Source of the DNA: Eledone cirrhosa
Taxonomy: Eukaryota
Length of the DNA stretch: 64,000 nt
Direction of reading: 5' to 3'
Assembly (NCBI GenBank): GCA_964016885.1
Contig: OZ024742.1
Span: forward strand, 373,240,001 to 373,304,000
The notes under the pieces are model-generated. The model did not search any database and was not told where the DNA came from. It saw only the letters and a program-made list of their open reading frames with translations. The translations under genes were made by a program, and so were the position numbers. Numbering within the stretch: the stretch's first letter is position 1; the number at the start of each line of letters is the position of its first letter. Of this stretch, positions 61,801 through 64,000 are shown piece after piece.

Positions 61801-64000
61801 TCCCACAAGCCACATACTTCTGATAGTCCCACAAGCCACATACTGCTGATAGTCCCACAAGCCACATATTGGTTTGATAGTCCCACAAGTCACATACCTC
61901 TGATAGTCCCATAAGCCACATATTAGTCTGATAGTCCCACAAGCCACATACATCTGATAGTCCCACAAGCCACATACCTCTGATAGTCCCACAAGCCACA
62001 TACCTCTGATAGTCCCACAAGCCACATACCTCTGATAGTCCCACAAGCCACATATTAGTCTGATAGTCCCACAGGTCACATACCTCTGATAGTCCCACAA
62101 GCCACATACCTCTGATAGTCCCACAAGCCACATATTAGTCTGATAGTCCCACAAGCCACATATTAGTCTAATAGTCCCACAAACCACATAGTTCTGATAG
62201 TCCCACAAGCCACATACTGCTGATAGTCACACAAGCCACATATTGGTCTGATAGTCCCACAAGTCACATACCTCTGATAGTCCCATAAGCCACATATTAG
62301 TCTGATAGTCCCACAAGCCACATACATCTGATAGTCCTACAAGCCACATACCTCTAATAGTCCCACAAGCCACATACCTCTGATAGTCCCACAAGCCACA
62401 TACCTCTGATAGTCTCACAAGCCACATACCTCTGATAGTCCCACTAGCCACATACCTCTGATAGTCCCACAAGCTACATACCTCTCATAGTCCCACAAGC
62501 CACATACCTCTCATAGTCCAACACGCCACATATTAGTTTGATAGTCCCACAAGCCACATACCTCTGATAGTCCCACAAACCACATACCTCTGATAGTCCC
62601 ACAAGCCGCATATTAGTCTGATAGTCCCACAGGTCACATATCTCTGATAGTCCCACAAGCCACATACCTCTGATAGTCCCACAAGCCACATACCTCTGAT
62701 AGTCCCACAATCCACATACCTCTGATAGTCTCACAAGCCACATACCTCTGATAGTCCCACTAGCCACATACCTCTGATAGTCCCACAAGCTACATACCTC
62801 TCATAGTCCCACAAGCCACATACCTCTCATAGTCCAACACGCCACATATTAGTTTGATAGTCCCACAAGCCACATACCTCTGATAGTCCCACAAACCACA
62901 TACCTCTGATAGTCCCACAAGCCACATATTAGTCTGATAGTCCCACAGGTCATATACCTCTGATAGTCCATCAAGCCACATACCTCTGATAGTCCCACAA
63001 GCCACATACCTCTGATAGTCCCACAAGCCACATACCTCTGATAGTCCCACAAGCCACATATTAGTCTGATAGTCCCACAAGCCACATACCTCTGATAGTC
63101 CCACAAGCCACATACCTCTGATAGTTCCACAAGCCACATATTAGTCTGATAGTCCCACAAGTCACATACCTCTGATAGTCCCACAGGCCACATATTAGTC
63201 TGATAGTCCCACAAGCCACATACCTCTGATAGTCCCACAAGTCACATGCCTCTAATAGTCCCACAATTCACATACCTCTGATAGTCCCACAGGCCACATA
63301 TTAGTCTGATAGTCCCACAAGCCACATACCTCTGATAGTCCCACAAGCCACATACCTCTGATAGTCCCACAAACCACATACCTCTGATAGTCCCACAAGC
63401 CACATACCTCTGATAGTCCCACAAGCCACATATTTGTCTGATAGTCCCACAGGTCACATACCTCTGATAGTCCCACAAGCCACATACCTCTGATAGTCCC
63501 ACAAGTCACATGCCTCCGATAGTCCCACAAGCCACATATTAGTCTGATAGTCTTACAAGCCACATACCTCTGATAGTCCCACAAGCCACATACCTCTAGT
63601 AGTCCCACAAGCCACATACCTCTAGTAGTCCCACAAGTCACATACCTCTGATAGTCCCACAAGTCACATACCTCTGATAGTCCCACAAGCCACATATTAG
63701 TCTGATAGTCCCACAAGTCACATACCTCTGATAGTCCCACAAGCCACATATTAGTCTGATAGTCCCACAAGTCACATACCTTTGATAGTCCCACAAGCCA
63801 CATATTAATCTGATAGTCCCAAAAGCCACATACCTCTGATAGTCCCACAAGCCACATATTAGTCTGATAGTCCCACAAGCCACATACCTCTGATAGTCCC
63901 GCAAGCCACATACCTCTGATAGTCCCACAAGCCACATACCTCTGATAGTCCCACAAGCCACATACCTCTGATAGTCCCACAAGTCACATACCTCTGATAG

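Larger units (their letters stand above)
1..64000. repeat. Tandem satellite array of mixed 26-bp (A) and 28-bp (B) monomers, extending beyond both window edges
   Basis: A at 1-26 (TGATAGTCCCACAAGCCACATACCTC) and B at 27-54 (TGATAGTCCCACAAGCCACATATTAGTC). The same units with scattered substitutions continue to base 64000. I saw no unique sequence or inversion. About 2,400 monomers, estimated from length divided by about 26.6 bp. Confidence 0.99.

Noticed and set aside
232-63982. Hundreds of minus-strand ORFs (60-365 aa) as protein-coding genes
   Set aside because: They overlap in all three frames, are permutations of one repeat-derived peptide, and start and stop according to monomer phase. 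They have no unique domains or gene context, and the 26- and 28-bp units are not codon multiples.
1-64000. CRISPR array (repeat length in the CRISPR range)
   Set aside because: Units abut directly with no unique spacers; the variable part is only a 4-6 bp two-state tail. There is no leader and no cas gene.
1-64000. Antigenic-variation cassette array, diversity-generating retroelement or integron-like system
   Set aside because: There is no recombinase, reverse transcriptase, expression locus or cassette content. Variation consists of point substitutions copied in blocks, as in ordinary satellite turnover.
1-64000. Canonical telomerase-synthesised tract or G-quadruplex array
   Set aside because: Variants are inherited in kilobase blocks, which does not fit templated re-synthesis. 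The G-rich strand has only one GGG per 26-28 bp, too sparse for a canonical three-tier G4.
1-64000. Embedded transposon, RNA gene or inversion
   Set aside because: I saw no non-repeat sequence and no reverse-orientation monomer (CTATCA...) while reading the + strand, and the ORF track is uniformly minus-strand.
1-64000. Pure sequencing artefact (rolling-circle or concatemer read)
   Set aside because: Variants are ordered, hierarchical and shared between distant blocks, unlike random errors on one template. Local mis-assembly of individual duplications cannot be excluded.

Overview
The whole 64-kb window is one uninterrupted, head-to-tail tandem array (satellite/minisatellite) of about 2,400 monomers, all in the same orientation. 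There are two main monomer types: A = TGATAGTCCCACAAGCCACATACCTC (26 bp) and B = TGATAGTCCCACAAGCCACATATTAGTC (28 bp). They share 22 bp and differ only in the tail (CCTC vs TTAGTC). Diagnostic point variants reveal nested higher-order structure: tandem duplications of 316, 718, 771, 1806, 1838, 2044 and 2998 bp, plus dispersed near-identical blocks at offsets such as 6399, 9544, 9572, 13853 and 19340 bp. The set of variants shifts from a left subfamily to a right subfamily across about 27-32.5 kb. I see no credible protein-coding gene, RNA gene, transposon or CRISPR array. All listed ORFs are minus-strand translations of the repeat. The host cannot be identified from sequence alone; the size and organisation suggest eukaryotic heterochromatin (inference). 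I found no new gene system, so the interest lies in the architecture and evolution of the array.
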